Shown piece after piece: positions 51,001 through 62,572 of a DNA stretch of 64,000 nucleotides. Origin of the DNA: Chiloscyllium plagiosum. Its lineage: Eukaryota. The notes below the pieces were generated by a model that was not told where the DNA came from, did not search any database, and was given only the letters and a program-made list of their open reading frames with translations. The position numbers and the translations under genes were made by a program. The stretch is taken from the NCBI RefSeq assembly GCF_004010195.1, contig NC_057751.1:12945399-13009398 (forward strand). Direction: 5' to 3'. How positions within the stretch are numbered: the stretch's first letter is position 1; each line of letters begins with the position of its first letter.

Positions 51001-52054
51001 GGCTGACCAACTAGGAGTTACATAGTGGGGTAGTGTCATTGAACTTGGCCAAAAATGGGAGAATCCCAAGCTAATGTTTTAGGGACATGGATTCAACTCC
51101 TATCATAGTAATATTTGAACTTAATATCAAAAAAAATCATTGGAAGTTAAAAGCTAGCAAACAGCGACCATGTAAGCACACATTTGGTTCACCATCACCT
51201 TTGCAGAAGGAAATCTGCCATCATGTGACCTGAGACCAAGACACTTTCAGTTGTTTAATCACCGTTGCAAAGCTTCACCAACAGAATCAAACTGAAAGGA
51301 CCACCCAGCATCAAGCTGAGCAGTGGAAATGACAACGGCACCACATAACCGTGTTGACCTTATAAAGTCCCCCTTCCCAACATCTGGATGTTTGTACCAA
51401 ATTGAAAGAGCTATCCACAGACTGGGCAAGCAAGAGTCTGACTTAGTTCTCTTTACAGAATTGTATCTGACCGACCATGTCCAAACCACCACCATCACTA
51501 TCCCTTGGGATATCATGTCTTGCCAGCAGTTTGACCCACCAGATGTGATGATGCAGTGGTGTAAAGTTGGAACGGAGTCACCCTTGGAGTCCTCAGCATT
51601 GACTCCAGGCCCCATGAAGTTTAGTGGCATTAGGTCAAACAAATGTAGGGAACTCCCACCCGACCCCAAACCCCAAATGTCAAGTTTCATGTTAAATGTC
51701 ACTTGGAGATAACACTGATGCTGGGTGGAAGACTTCAATGTCCATTATTCAGGTTAAAAGACAGCACTCTCCAGATTTCTGCAATTAACAAGAAAATAAC
51801 TGTTTATTAAAAACAAATTGTCTTTAACCAAAGGCAATTAGGAAATATTAATTATGAATTTATAATGCTATAACGTAAACTCTACCTCTTAAATTTCATC
51901 CTCTCACTCATAGCCAAATATTCAAAGACAGAAAAGATGTGGATATGAAGGGTGCAAAAAGAAAAAGGAAATTACCGAACAGTACAATAGCACTTGTCTG
52001 GACCAAAGAATTCGTTGAGTTCTGGTTATCTTCCTTTCAATTCTTTTCACTTCT

Positions 52055-52832
52055 GAATTAAATCGAATTGAATTTATTGTCATGTGTACCGAGGCACAGT
52101 GAAATGCTTTGTCTTGTGAGTAATACAGGCAGATCACAGAGTTAAGTAGCATAAATGAATAATAGGTAAACAGCGGCAAAAACAAAAACACAGGTACAGG
52201 CGTATGTTAAGAGTTTGTGAGTCCATTCAGTATTCTAACAACAGTAGGGTAGAAACTGTTATGAAACCGGCTGGTGCATGTGTTCAGCCTTCTGTACCTT
52301 CTCCCCAATGGTAGAAGTTGTAGAAAAACTTTGCCAGGGTGGGATGGATCTTGGAGAATGCTGGTGGCCTTTCCTTGACAGTGGGCCTGGTAGATGGATT
52401 CTGTGAATGGGAGGTTGGCCTTTGTGATTGTCCGGGCCGAGTTCACCACTCTCTGTAACCATCTTCGATCTTGAATGGTACAGTTGCCATATCAGGTAGT
52501 GATACATTCAGATAGAATGCTCTCGATGGCGCACCTATTGGCAAGGGTATTTGTCTTCATGCCAAATGTCCTTAGCTGCCTGAGGAAGAAGAGACGTTGG
52601 GCCTTTGTAACCAGTGTGTCCACATGAAGAGTCCAAGAAAGCTTGTTGTGGATGACCACTCCCAAGAGCTTGACACTCTCCACTCGTTCCATCTCTGCAC
52701 TGTTAATGTGTAGGGGGGGCATGAGTAACATCCCACCGAAAGTCAATAATGAATTCCTTGGTTTTGCTGGCATTGAGAGCTAGGTTGTTCTCAGTGCACC
52801 ATTTTTCCAGGCCTTCCACCTCCCATCTGTAG
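52055..52832 (-). mobile_element. Rex1/Babar-like LINE 3' fragment
   Basis: VESVKLLGV..LSW..KAQRLFFLRQL; short repeat tail at ~52055-52075; related to 30993-31700. Confidence 0.78.
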
Positions 52833-53224
52833 TCATTGTACACCAATGCTCTCTTGAGAATCTCAAATGAGAATTTGTTTATTTATTGTGTATGAAGATG
52901 TTTTCTTCCTCCTTGGGGATTTGCAGAGAAAGGTGAGTAGAAGACAGTTGAGCTGTCTGGAGGCTTTCTAATACTGCATTCCAACATAAGAGAGAGACAC
53001 AGAGCGCTAGAGATTTTTGATGCTTTGCAGCCTGCATGGCTGTCTGCTGCACTGGCCCCACACAGGTTATAGTCATCTGGCCAGGAACCAATTAGAATGT
53101 TGTTGTCAAGCAGTTTTCCCTCAGTTCAGAATCTGCTGCCTCTCTGATGTCTGCTTGTACTCTCAATGCTCCCAGAAAATCTCATCATTTTATGCAACTC
53201 ACAATGCACTCAGTAAAGTGACTG

Positions 53225-54497
53225 AAGGGATCACAAGTGCTGTCAGCCAATAACCTGATTTCTGACTCCCAGTTTGGGTTCTGCCAGGACCATTCAACCC
53301 CTGGCTTTGTTACATTCTTCGTCCAAACATGGACAGAAGAGCTAAATTCCAGAAGGCAGCTGAGAGTGACTGCCATTGACATCAAGGCATTTGTCCCAGT
53401 TTGGCAGCAAGGAGACCAGACAAAACAGGAGTCAATGGGTATCAGGAGAAAACTCGGCGCTGGCAGAGTTAGCATGAAGGTAGATGCCTGTGGTTGTTGG
53501 AGGTCAATCATCTCAGCTCCAGGCTATCTCCGTAGGTTGGTCCTAGGCTCAACCACCTTCAGCTGCTTCATCAATGACCTTCCCACCATCATAAGGTCAG
53601 AAGTGGGGATGTTCACCGATGATTGCAAAATATTCAGCACTATCCGCAACTCCTCACATTCTGAAGCAGTCCAGGTTCAAATGCAACAAGCTCAGGACAA
53701 TATCTAGTATCAGGATGATAAGTAGAAAGTAATATTTGGAGCATAAAGGTTCCAAAATATGACCATATTCATCAAGAGAGAATTTATCCATCACCCCTTA
53801 ATGTTCAATGCTACTGCTATCTTTGAATTCCCCATTGTCCACAGCTGGGAGCTTACCATTGACCAGAAATTCATCTGGATTCACTGCATTAACACAGTGG
53901 CAACACGAGCAGGCCAGAGGCTAGGAATCCTGCAGCAATTAATTCACCTCTTTACTCCCCAAAAGCTGTCCACCATCTAAAAGGCACAAGCCAGGAGTGT
54001 GATGGAATACTCCCCACTTGCCTGAATGAGTATAGCTCCAACAACATTCAAGAATCTCTGTGCCATCCAGGACAAGGCAGCCCGCTTGATTGGCACTGCA
54101 TCCACAAGCATCCATTCCCTCAACCACTGACGCTCAGTAGCAGCAGAATGTACAATCTACAAGATGTACTGCAGAAATTCACCAAAGATCCTTTCACAGC
54201 ACCTTCCAAACCCATGACCACTTCCACCAAGGAGGACAAGGACAGGAGATACATGAAAACACCACCCCCTGCAAGTTCCCCTCCGAGCCACTCACCATCC
54301 TGACTTGGAAATATATTACCATTCCTTCACTGTGGCAAAATCAAAGTCCTGGAATTGCCTCCCCAGGTACATTGTGGATTACTGTACAGTACATGGACTG
54401 TAGCAGTCCAAGAAGGCGTCTCACTACCACCTTCTCAAGGGCAACTGGGGATGGGCAATAGCCAGCAATATCCATGTCCCATGAGCGAATAATAAAA
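53225..54497 (+). mobile_element. CR1/L2-group LINE, RT to 3' end; an endonuclease-like piece at ~51330-51745 may belong to it
   Basis: ISDSQFGF..AIDIKAF..FSCFINDLP..MFTDDCKIF; 3' tail shared with the SINEs at 125-348 and 60255-60598. Confidence 0.75.
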
Positions 54498-54829
54498 GGA
54501 AACTGAACTGGACCAACCATGTAAATACTATGGCTACAGAGCTGGGCAGAAGCAAGGGAAATAAGGTGTGGGCAAGAATTGCTGACTGAGCCAGCGATGT
54601 CCACATCCCATGAACAAATAAAAAAAAGTTGAGACTGGTTCTGTTCCTAAACTTCAGCTGCAAAAGTCTTCTAGAAAGAAATTCTTTAGTTCTCCTTGTT
54701 AACAGCATCCATAAGGTGTACTTGGCCTCTCATGTGAAAAAAGCTAAGACAGACTGTTCAGTTGATAGGTTCTTGTTCTTCTGTGAAAATCGTTAATTCT
54801 GAAGTAAAAGTAGATGCTAGTTTTTTGAA

Positions 54830-56220
54830 GAAGTAACATTCAGGATTGATGAGAGCTGGGCGGTAGATGTGACCTATATGGACTTCAGTAAGGCATTCGA
54901 CAAGGTTCCTCATTGGAAACTAGTTAGCAAGGTTAGATCACATGAAACACAGGAGAACTAGCCATTTGGATACAGAACTGGTTTGATTGTTGAAGACAGA
55001 GGGTGGTGGTGGTGGAGGGTTGTGTTTCAGACTGGAGGCCTGTGACCAGTGGTGTGTCATAAGGATTGGTGCTGTGTCTACTGCTTTTTGTCATTTATAT
55101 AAATGATTTGGATGTGAACATAGGAGGTATAGTTAGTAAGTTTGCAGAAGACACCAAAATTGGAGGAGTAGTGGACAGCAAAGAAGGTTACGTCAGAGTA
55201 CAATGGGACCTTGATCAGATGGGTCAATGGGCTGAGGTGTGGCAGATAGAATTTAATTTAGATAAATGTAAGGTTCTGCATTTTGGAAAAGCAAATCAGA
55301 GCAGGACTTATACAGTTAATGGTAAGGTCCTAGGGAGTGTTGCTGAACAGACAGACCTTGAACGGCAGGTTCATAGTTCTTTGAAAGCAGTATCGCAGGT
55401 AGATAGGATAACGAAGACGTTGTTTGGTATGCTTTCCTTTATTGGTCAGAGAATTGAGTATAGGAGGTAGGAGGCGAAAATGTGTTGCTGGAAAAGTGCA
55501 GCAGGTCAGGCAGCATCCAAGGAGCAGGAGAATCGATGTTTCGGGCATGAGCCCTTCTTCAGGAATTCTGCTGCGCTTTTCCAGCAACACATTTTCGGCT
55601 CTGAGCTCCAGCATCTGCAGTCCTCACTTTCTCCTGTAGGAGGTAGGGGAGGTCATGTTTACAGGACATTGGTTAGGGCACTTTTGGAATATTGTGTGCA
55701 ATTCTGGTCTCCTTCCTATCAGAAGGAAGTTGTGAAACTTGAAAACCTTTAGAAAGGATTTACAAGGATGTTGCGATGGTTGGAGGATTTGAGCTATAGG
55801 GGGAGGCTGAATAGACTGGGGCTGTTTTCCCTGGAGTGTTGGAGGCTGAGGGGTGACCTTATCGATGTTTATAAAATTGTGAGGTGCATGGATAGGATAA
55901 ATCGACATGATCTTTTCCCTGAGCTGGGAAACTAGAGAGCATAGGTTTAGGGTGAAAGGGGAATGATATAAAAGGGACCTAAGGGGCAACGCTTTTACAC
56001 AGAGGGTGGTGCATGTATGGAATGAGCTGCCAGAGGAAGCGGCGGAGGCTGGTACAATTACAGCATTTAAAAGTAATCTTGATGGGTACATGAATAGGAA
56101 GGATTTAGAATGATATGGGCCAAGTGCTGGCAAATGGGACGAGATTAGGTTAGGATATCTGGTCGGCATGGATGAGTTGGACCGAAGAGTCTGTTTCTGT
56201 GCTGTACATCTCTATGACTC
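54830..56220 (+). mobile_element. CR1 LINE RT to 3' end, interrupted by a Penelope pLTR
   Basis: YMDFSKAFDKVP, FVIYINDLD..SKFAEDTKIGG and LLEYCVQFWSP; ends in ctatgactc. Confidence 0.9.
55472..55636. mobile_element. Penelope pLTR insertion with an inverted end and 11-bp target-site duplication
   Basis: taggaggtagg at 55461-55471 and 55637-55647; minus-strand hammerhead motif ATTC-CTGAAGA-A-GGGC(TCAT)GCCC-GAA-ACAT-C-GATT at 55531-55566. Confidence 0.85.
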
Positions 56221-57907
56221 CAATCATTAATCATCTTCCCTTGGTCATATACTCTTTACATGATAAAGATTTTTCCTCATTCCCAACAAGATATTTTTAA
56301 AGAGATTGTGTTGTCTTTTCCAGGGTGAATTAAACCTGAAGTCATCATTTGTTTTTTTTTGTTCAAAGACCAGAAAGTAACCCTGCTGTGTGTAACAAAC
56401 TGCCCGCTTAAAATGTCCTGCTTCTCATCTATCACTTTCTTTCCTCTTAAATGTCAAACTCATCTGGCATTGACATTCAGCTTGTCGCCGTCTGAAATGT
56501 TCAAAACGTCTCCCACAAGTTGGCTTGAGCCTGTTTGTGTTCCCCACCTACCACCACCACTCCCAGAGGCTGACTTCTGTCTTTTTAGGTTAACCTCTCC
56601 TTCCCCACAGAGAGACATGATGTCAGCGCCATCGCAGAACCTGGCCCACGTTTGCTCACTGTAAGCAGGCTATCCCTCTGATGAGGCATCACAACCCAAC
56701 CCCGTCCTTACCCAATATCCAGAGCGTATACTCCCTGTCTGACAGTTATTGTATGGTTTTTCTAAAATGCAAAGCTCATTCAAGAGATGTGGAGATTGTT
56801 GGCAAGGTCAGTATTTATTGCCCAAACCTCATGCTGATCATCTGTGATTCTTCCTATCCGGATTGAAAAGAGAAAAATGTGCATTTCTAGAGAATTCTTT
56901 ACAGTATTGGGATAGTTCAAAGTTTTTCCAACCGAAGAAGCACGTTATAAGTAGATCACATAATAGCAGCACCATTTAAAATATGTTGTAACCAATACAT
57001 GCTTTAAAAGTTTGTGTTTTAGAAACAGTGTCCCCAATTCGTCAATCGCTTTCCAGTGAATTTGCATGAACGAAACGCATATATAAGCAGAGGACCTGTA
57101 TGGCTGGAGGCAGACTAAAAAGAGGATCAGGTAAAACTGTAATTCCCCGCTTGCTAAGACTGTTGGCATTCACATGGCGGTGAGATATCAGAGGTGCCAG
57201 CCAAACTGTGTGCAGGGACCTGGTCACAGCTTTTAGCCGAGGAAGCAGGGGATGGAAACTGATAGCAAACATAAGGATGTCAAGTGGGAAGGAAGAATTG
57301 AAATCTTAACCACACCATATTAGTTTCAGTTTTGTCAGTTGTTAAGTGTCCAGTTGCTGTGGGGGCACTGAGTCTGGTATTGGCTCACCACCTGGAGCCC
57401 AAAACATAACGCAGGTCAACATTTCTGCAGATGGGCCCCATTGAATGAGATTCTCATGCTGATTTTGAGCTGAAACCCACAACAAAAGGAGTTATAATTA
57501 GCGATAGTCATACTGCATAATGAGCTCTCTGATGCAATTAAGTGGGACAGTTACAGATCACAAATCATGGCCAATCATAGTAATGATTGTATGGTTTCAG
57601 TAAATAGTTAACAATTAGCTAACTGCTCATTTGAATATCATTTTGAGAGCATTGTTGTGCAGTTCTCCTGTCAGCAGATATTAAATCACCATCTGTTTTC
57701 TTGTCATTTATTCATTAAAACAAATGGAATAAAAACAGTCTGCGACTTCGTATCTTGGAATACATTTCATGGGCTTTGCCTACATTAACTCAATCTGATC
57801 TGATTCATAAGAAATGGAAGAATTGCAGTTCTAAAGCACCTTTCATCACTTTCAGATATTCTAAAGTTACAATGAATGATATATTTTTGAAATGCAATTA
57901 TAGTGAT

Positions 57908-58140
57908 TGTAACAAGGTCAGCCAGATGGAGCTAATAGAATGTGGGTTCCCAGATTGGGACTGCTAATCTGGTCTAATCAGGGAGTCCTGGCTGACAGAT
58001 AATAAAAGAAGTGTCAGGCATTCTGACACTCTGAGATCTCACTCTGAGGGAGCTGGATCAGTGTTGAGGACATTGGTCATAGAGGGTGGAAATAAAGGGC
58101 GACTTGGTGATGGGATACCAGCCTCTGTAAAGTTATTTCA
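57908..58140 (+). mobile_element. Putative short solo LTR
   Basis: TG...CA termini (tgtaac...atttca); TATA-like gataataaaa (~57998-58007) and aataaa at 58091; no clear TSD. Confidence 0.45.
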
Positions 58141-58429
58141 GTTGCCATGGATGCAAGTAAGGAAATCTAGCAGCCAAGTTGAATGCAGTAACGTTGTGCC
58201 GTTATTGAATGAGGCTTCTGCAATTCCCTCCAGAAGCATCTCTATTTCCACCTGCTCCTTAAAAATGCTCATGAAGCCCAAGCCTATCTACTGTCATACA
58301 GCCTTTTGTGAATTAAGACCAGATTTTGTTTGACAGTGTTGCCATGCATTACCTTGAGACAGCGTGTGATTTTAAAGGTGCTGGATGGCTGTTACTGTTG
58401 TTCCCAAGAGATTGCACAGCAGCACGAGC

Positions 58430-58560
58430 TGAGATCTGAAAGCCTCATCCAACAGGTGGCACATGCAGCAATCCTTCAGTGCTTTACTGGATCGTCAGCC
58501 TACACTTTGTGCCCAGGTTTCTGAACTAGGTCTTCAACTCTTATGCTTTAGACTCAGTGG
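58430..58560 (-). mobile_element. SacSINE1/DeuSINE-like 5' relic with a single copy of the 33-bp-like segment
   Basis: ctcatcc..tgcagcaatccttcagtgctttactgg..gtcagccta..tttgtgcccagg..gactcag. Confidence 0.5.
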
Positions 58561-58853
58561 ATGAAAATGTTACCATGAGATAATGCTGACCATCCCATTG
58601 GCCAGTCCAGTGTGGGACTGGGTGCCTGGAAGTTATTTCGGAAGCCTGAACAGAAAACTTTTGATTTTTCGATTCTTACCTGATCAATGAAGCAATTTTT
58701 CTTCAACTGTGAGCATTATTTAAAACAAGTTGGGAAACAAGCACATTTTTACACATATGGTGAATTAAATTCTTATGCAGGTTATTTGTTTTAATATCGT
58801 TAACCATTATCAGCCTGGGCGAAAAAGTCTTCAGTTTCCCAAAAGCCAAACCT

Positions 58854-59068
58854 AAAGTTAAAAATCACACAGGTTATAGTGCTACAGGTTTATTTGGAAG
58901 TACTAGCTTTTGGAGCACTGCTCCATCAGGTAACTAGTGGGGTAGGATCATAAGACACAAATCCTGCCCCACCAATTAATTACCTGATGAAGGAGCAATG
59001 CTCTGAAAGCTGGTACTTTCAAATAAACCTATTGGACTATAACCTGGTGTCGTGTGATTTTTAACTTT
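58854..59068. repeat. Second fold-back inverted repeat of the same Penelope terminal-repeat family
   Basis: aaagttaaaaatcacac...ggggtaggat versus atcctgcccc...gtgtgatttttaacttt; contains hammerhead-like motifs at 58901-58932 (-) and 58981-59015 (+). Confidence 0.9.
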
Positions 59069-59547
59069 GTCCACTCAGTCCATTCCCATCATAAATGTAA
59101 AGTAACATTCCGTTTCTTCCTGGAAAAAAAGGCCTGAATTATCCCCATCCACCACCACCCTCCTCCACCTCACTGAGCTTGTCCTCAGTTTGAACAATTT
59201 CTCTTTCATCCTTCTACTTTCTTCAGATCAAAGCTGTGGCCAAGGATACCTGCATTGGCCCCATTCTGCCCGTCTCTTTGTGGGGAACGTGGAACATTCC
59301 TTGTTTTAATCCTACTCGGGTACCCACTCACAATTCTTTAGCTAGTACTTCGATGACATCTTCTGTGCTGCTTTTGTTTCTTGTCCGGAATTGGAAAAGG
59401 TTATCAATTTTGTTTCGACTTTCCACCTTACACTCACTTTCACCTGGTCTATCTCCGACTCCTCCCTTTTCTCAACATTTCTGTTTTCATTTCTGGGGAT
59501 AGTTGGCCACTGATACCTGCTACAAACTCACTGACTCCCACAAATAC

Positions 59548-59820
59548 ATAGAATTCCTACAGTGTGGAAACAGGCCATTCAGCCCAACAAGTCCACACCG
59601 ACCCTCTGAAGAGTATCCCAACCAAACCCATTCCCCAACCCTATTACTCTACATTTATTACCCTATTACTCTGACTAATGCAGCTAACCTACACATCCCT
59701 GAAAGCAATGGGCAATTTAGTACGACTAATCCACCCTGACTTGCACATTTTTGGATTATGGGAGGAATCCCAGACAGACGTGGGGAAAATGTGCAAACTC
59801 CACGCAGGCTGGAATCGAAG
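59548..59820 (-). mobile_element. HE1-like V-SINE fragment
   Basis: caggccattcagccc..gcaatttag..aatccacc..ggggaaaatgtgcaaactccac. Confidence 0.75.
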
Positions 59821-60216
59821 TAAAGTTAAGAGCCACCAAGTAAAGAACTGGTTTTATAGTCCCTAATTAACATTAGGTGCCCAATTATAAAGGGGCTAAA
59901 CTGAGTCATGACCCCACCAGGTACTGAGTAACCTTGCTCCTTTGCCCCTTGGAGCCCTGCCTGTACTCAGCTGCCACTCAGTTTCACTCCTGCACACAAG
60001 CAGGACTCCTCCACCTCTATCCTACCTAGTCACGTCCCTCTCTATTCTAACCTCTCCTGATAACTCCCTGACTGCTCTCTATACTAGCTCCTCCCCCACT
60101 ACCACTGAACCAACACCCTCTCTCAAACCTGGTCTGTCTAGTCTTGAACCTGTCTCTGACTGGTTACCTTGACTACACATCCTCACATCTGCTTCCTGTA
60201 AAGTGTATTTTTTAAA

Positions 60217-60252
<36 letters not shown>
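60217..60252. repeat. (TA)n microsatellite at a SINE tail
   Basis: atatatatacatatatat... Confidence 0.9.
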
Positions 60253-60253
<1 letters not shown>

Positions 60254-60254
60254 C

Positions 60255-60598
60255 GTTCATTCGTGGGATGTGGGTGTCACTGGATAGGCCAGCATTTCTT
60301 ACCCATCCCTAATTACCCCAGAGGGCAGTTAAGACCCTTTGCTGTGGGTCAGGAGTCACATGTAGGCCAGACCAGACAAGGACGGCAGTTTCCTTCCCTA
60401 AAGTGCATTAGTGAACCAGATTCTGTTTTCTGACAATCAACAATGGTTTCATAATCATCATTAAGCTCCTATTTCCAGATATTTCTTGAATTTGAATTCC
60501 ACCGTCTGCCATGACAGGATTCGAACCCAAGACCCTAGAATAATACTAGGGTCTCTGCATTAATAGTCTAGCAATAATACATCTAGATCCTGACCTCT
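60255..60598 (-). mobile_element. SINE, same family as 125-348
   Basis: cccatccctaattaccc and ttgaatttgaattccaccgtctgccatgacaggattcgaaccc are the inverse of 125-348. Confidence 0.65.
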
Positions 60599-61611
60599 CC
60601 TTAATTCCATTCTCCCAGTTCCTCTATGTCCGTTGCATCTGTTCCAACGATGCCAACTTCAACACAAGGGACCTCCGAAATGTCCATCTTCTTCCTCAAA
60701 TGAGGATTTTCCACCATAGTTGACAGGGCCCTCAACCGGGTCTGACCCAGCTTCCGCACTTCAGCCCTCACCTCCCACAACAGCGATCTGTCCTCACCCA
60801 TCATCCCACCAGCATCCACAGGTAAAAGATCCTGAGCTGCCATTTCCGTTACTTCCATCAGGATGCCACCACCAGACACATATTCCCCTCCTCTCCCTTG
60901 TCAGCCTTCCGCAGGGACTGTTCCCTCCAGGACACAATGGTCCACTCCTCTACTCCCAACATCTCCCCACAGCCACAAGACACCTTCCCATGGAATTTTG
61001 GAAGGTGTCACATCTGCAAGTTTACTTCCTCCGTCCTCAAAGCCCAAGACACACCTCGGTGAAACAGCACTTTACCTGTACCTCACTCAATCTAGTCACA
61101 GTGTGATCATCTCTACATTGAGGAAATGAAATATAGACTGGGCGGCCCCTTTACAGAACCCCAATGTTCTGTCTGTAAAAATGACCCTGAGCTTCAGGTT
61201 ACCTGCCATTTCAACACACCACCATGTTCCCGAGCCAGCATCTCTGTATCAGGCTTGCTGCAGTGTTCCAGCAAAGATCAGTGAAAGCTGGAAGAACATC
61301 ACCTCATTTTCTACCTGGGAACTCTATAGGCTTCTTGACTCAATATAGTGTTCAATAATTTTAGGGCTTGATGCACCTTCTCCCACATCTTTATCCCAAC
61401 CCCCACATCACGTGGGCTATTTGAACAAACAACCCATTGTCAGCCATCAGCAGCCATTCATTCTCCCAGGCTAACTTTTACCTAACTGTTTTTCTCTGTC
61501 TCTCGAGACTCCAACACCTCCTATTCTTGGCTCCTGTCCCCTTCCTGTGCACCGCCTTTTTCTCAGCAACTATCAGTTCTGAAGAAAGGTCACGGGATCC
61601 GAAGCATTAAC

Positions 61612-62572
61612 GGACATTTACTATAAACTGACCGACTCCCACAGCTACCTAGACTACACCTCCTCCCACCCTGCCCCCTGTAAAAACACCATCACATATT
61701 CCCAATTCCTTCGTCTCCGCCGCATCTGCTCCCAGGAGGACCAGTTCCAATACCGTACAACCCAGATGGCCTCCTTCTTCAAAGTCCGCAATTTCCCCCC
61801 AGACGTGGTCGACAATGCCCTCCACTGCATGTCCTCCACTTCCTGCTCCTCGACCCTTGAGCCCCGCCCCTCCAACCACCATCAGGACAGAACCCCACTG
61901 GTCCTCACCTACCACCCCACCAACCTCCACATACATCGTATCATCCGTCGTCATTTCTGCCACCTCCAAACNNNNNNNNNNNNNNNNNNNNNNNNNNNNT
62001 GCATCCACAGCACCCGATGTGGCCTCCTCTATATTGGGGAGACAGGCTGCCTACTTGTGGAACGTTTCAGAGAACACCTCTGGGACACCCGGACCAACCA
62101 ACCCAACCACCCCGTGGCTCAACACTTCAACTCCCCCTCCCACTCTGCCAAGGACATGCAGGTCCTTGGACTCCTCCATCGCCAGACGGTTGGAGGAAAA
62201 GAGCCTCATCTTCCGCCTAGCAACCCTCCAACCACAAGGGATGAACTCCGATTTCTCCAGTTTCCTCATTTCCCCTCCCCCCACCTTGTCTGAGTCCCAA
62301 CCCTCAACTCAGCATCGCCTTCCTAACCTGCAATCTTCTTCCTGACCTCTCTGCCCCCACTCCCACTCCAACCTATCACCCTCACCTTGACCTCCTTCCA
62401 CCTATCGCATTTCCAACGCCCCTCCCCCAAGTCCCTCCTCCCTACCTTTTATCTTAGCCTGCTGGACACACTTTCCTCATTCCTGAAGAAGGGCTCATGC
62501 CCAAAACTTCAATTCTCCTGCTCCTTGGATGTTGCCTGACCTGCTGCGCTTTTCCAGCAACACATTTTCAGT
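61612..62572 (+). mobile_element. Relatively young Penelope-like element (RT thumb, GIY-YIG, pLTR) with a 28-N gap at 61972-61999
   Basis: YYKLTDSHSYLDYTSSHP..YSQFLRLRRICSQED and CGLLYIGETG..ERFREHL..PVAQHFN; pLTR with mutated hammerhead ctgaagaagggctcatgcccaaaacttc at ~62483-62510. Confidence 0.9.

Larger units (their letters stand above)
59100..61611 (+). mobile_element. Old Penelope-like element split by later insertions
   Basis: RT-like piece at 59100-59545 (..YKLTDSHKY) resumes at ~60600 (PFSQFLYVRCICS) and continues through a decayed GIY-YIG region to a pLTR hammerhead remnant at ~61576-61611. Confidence 0.65.
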
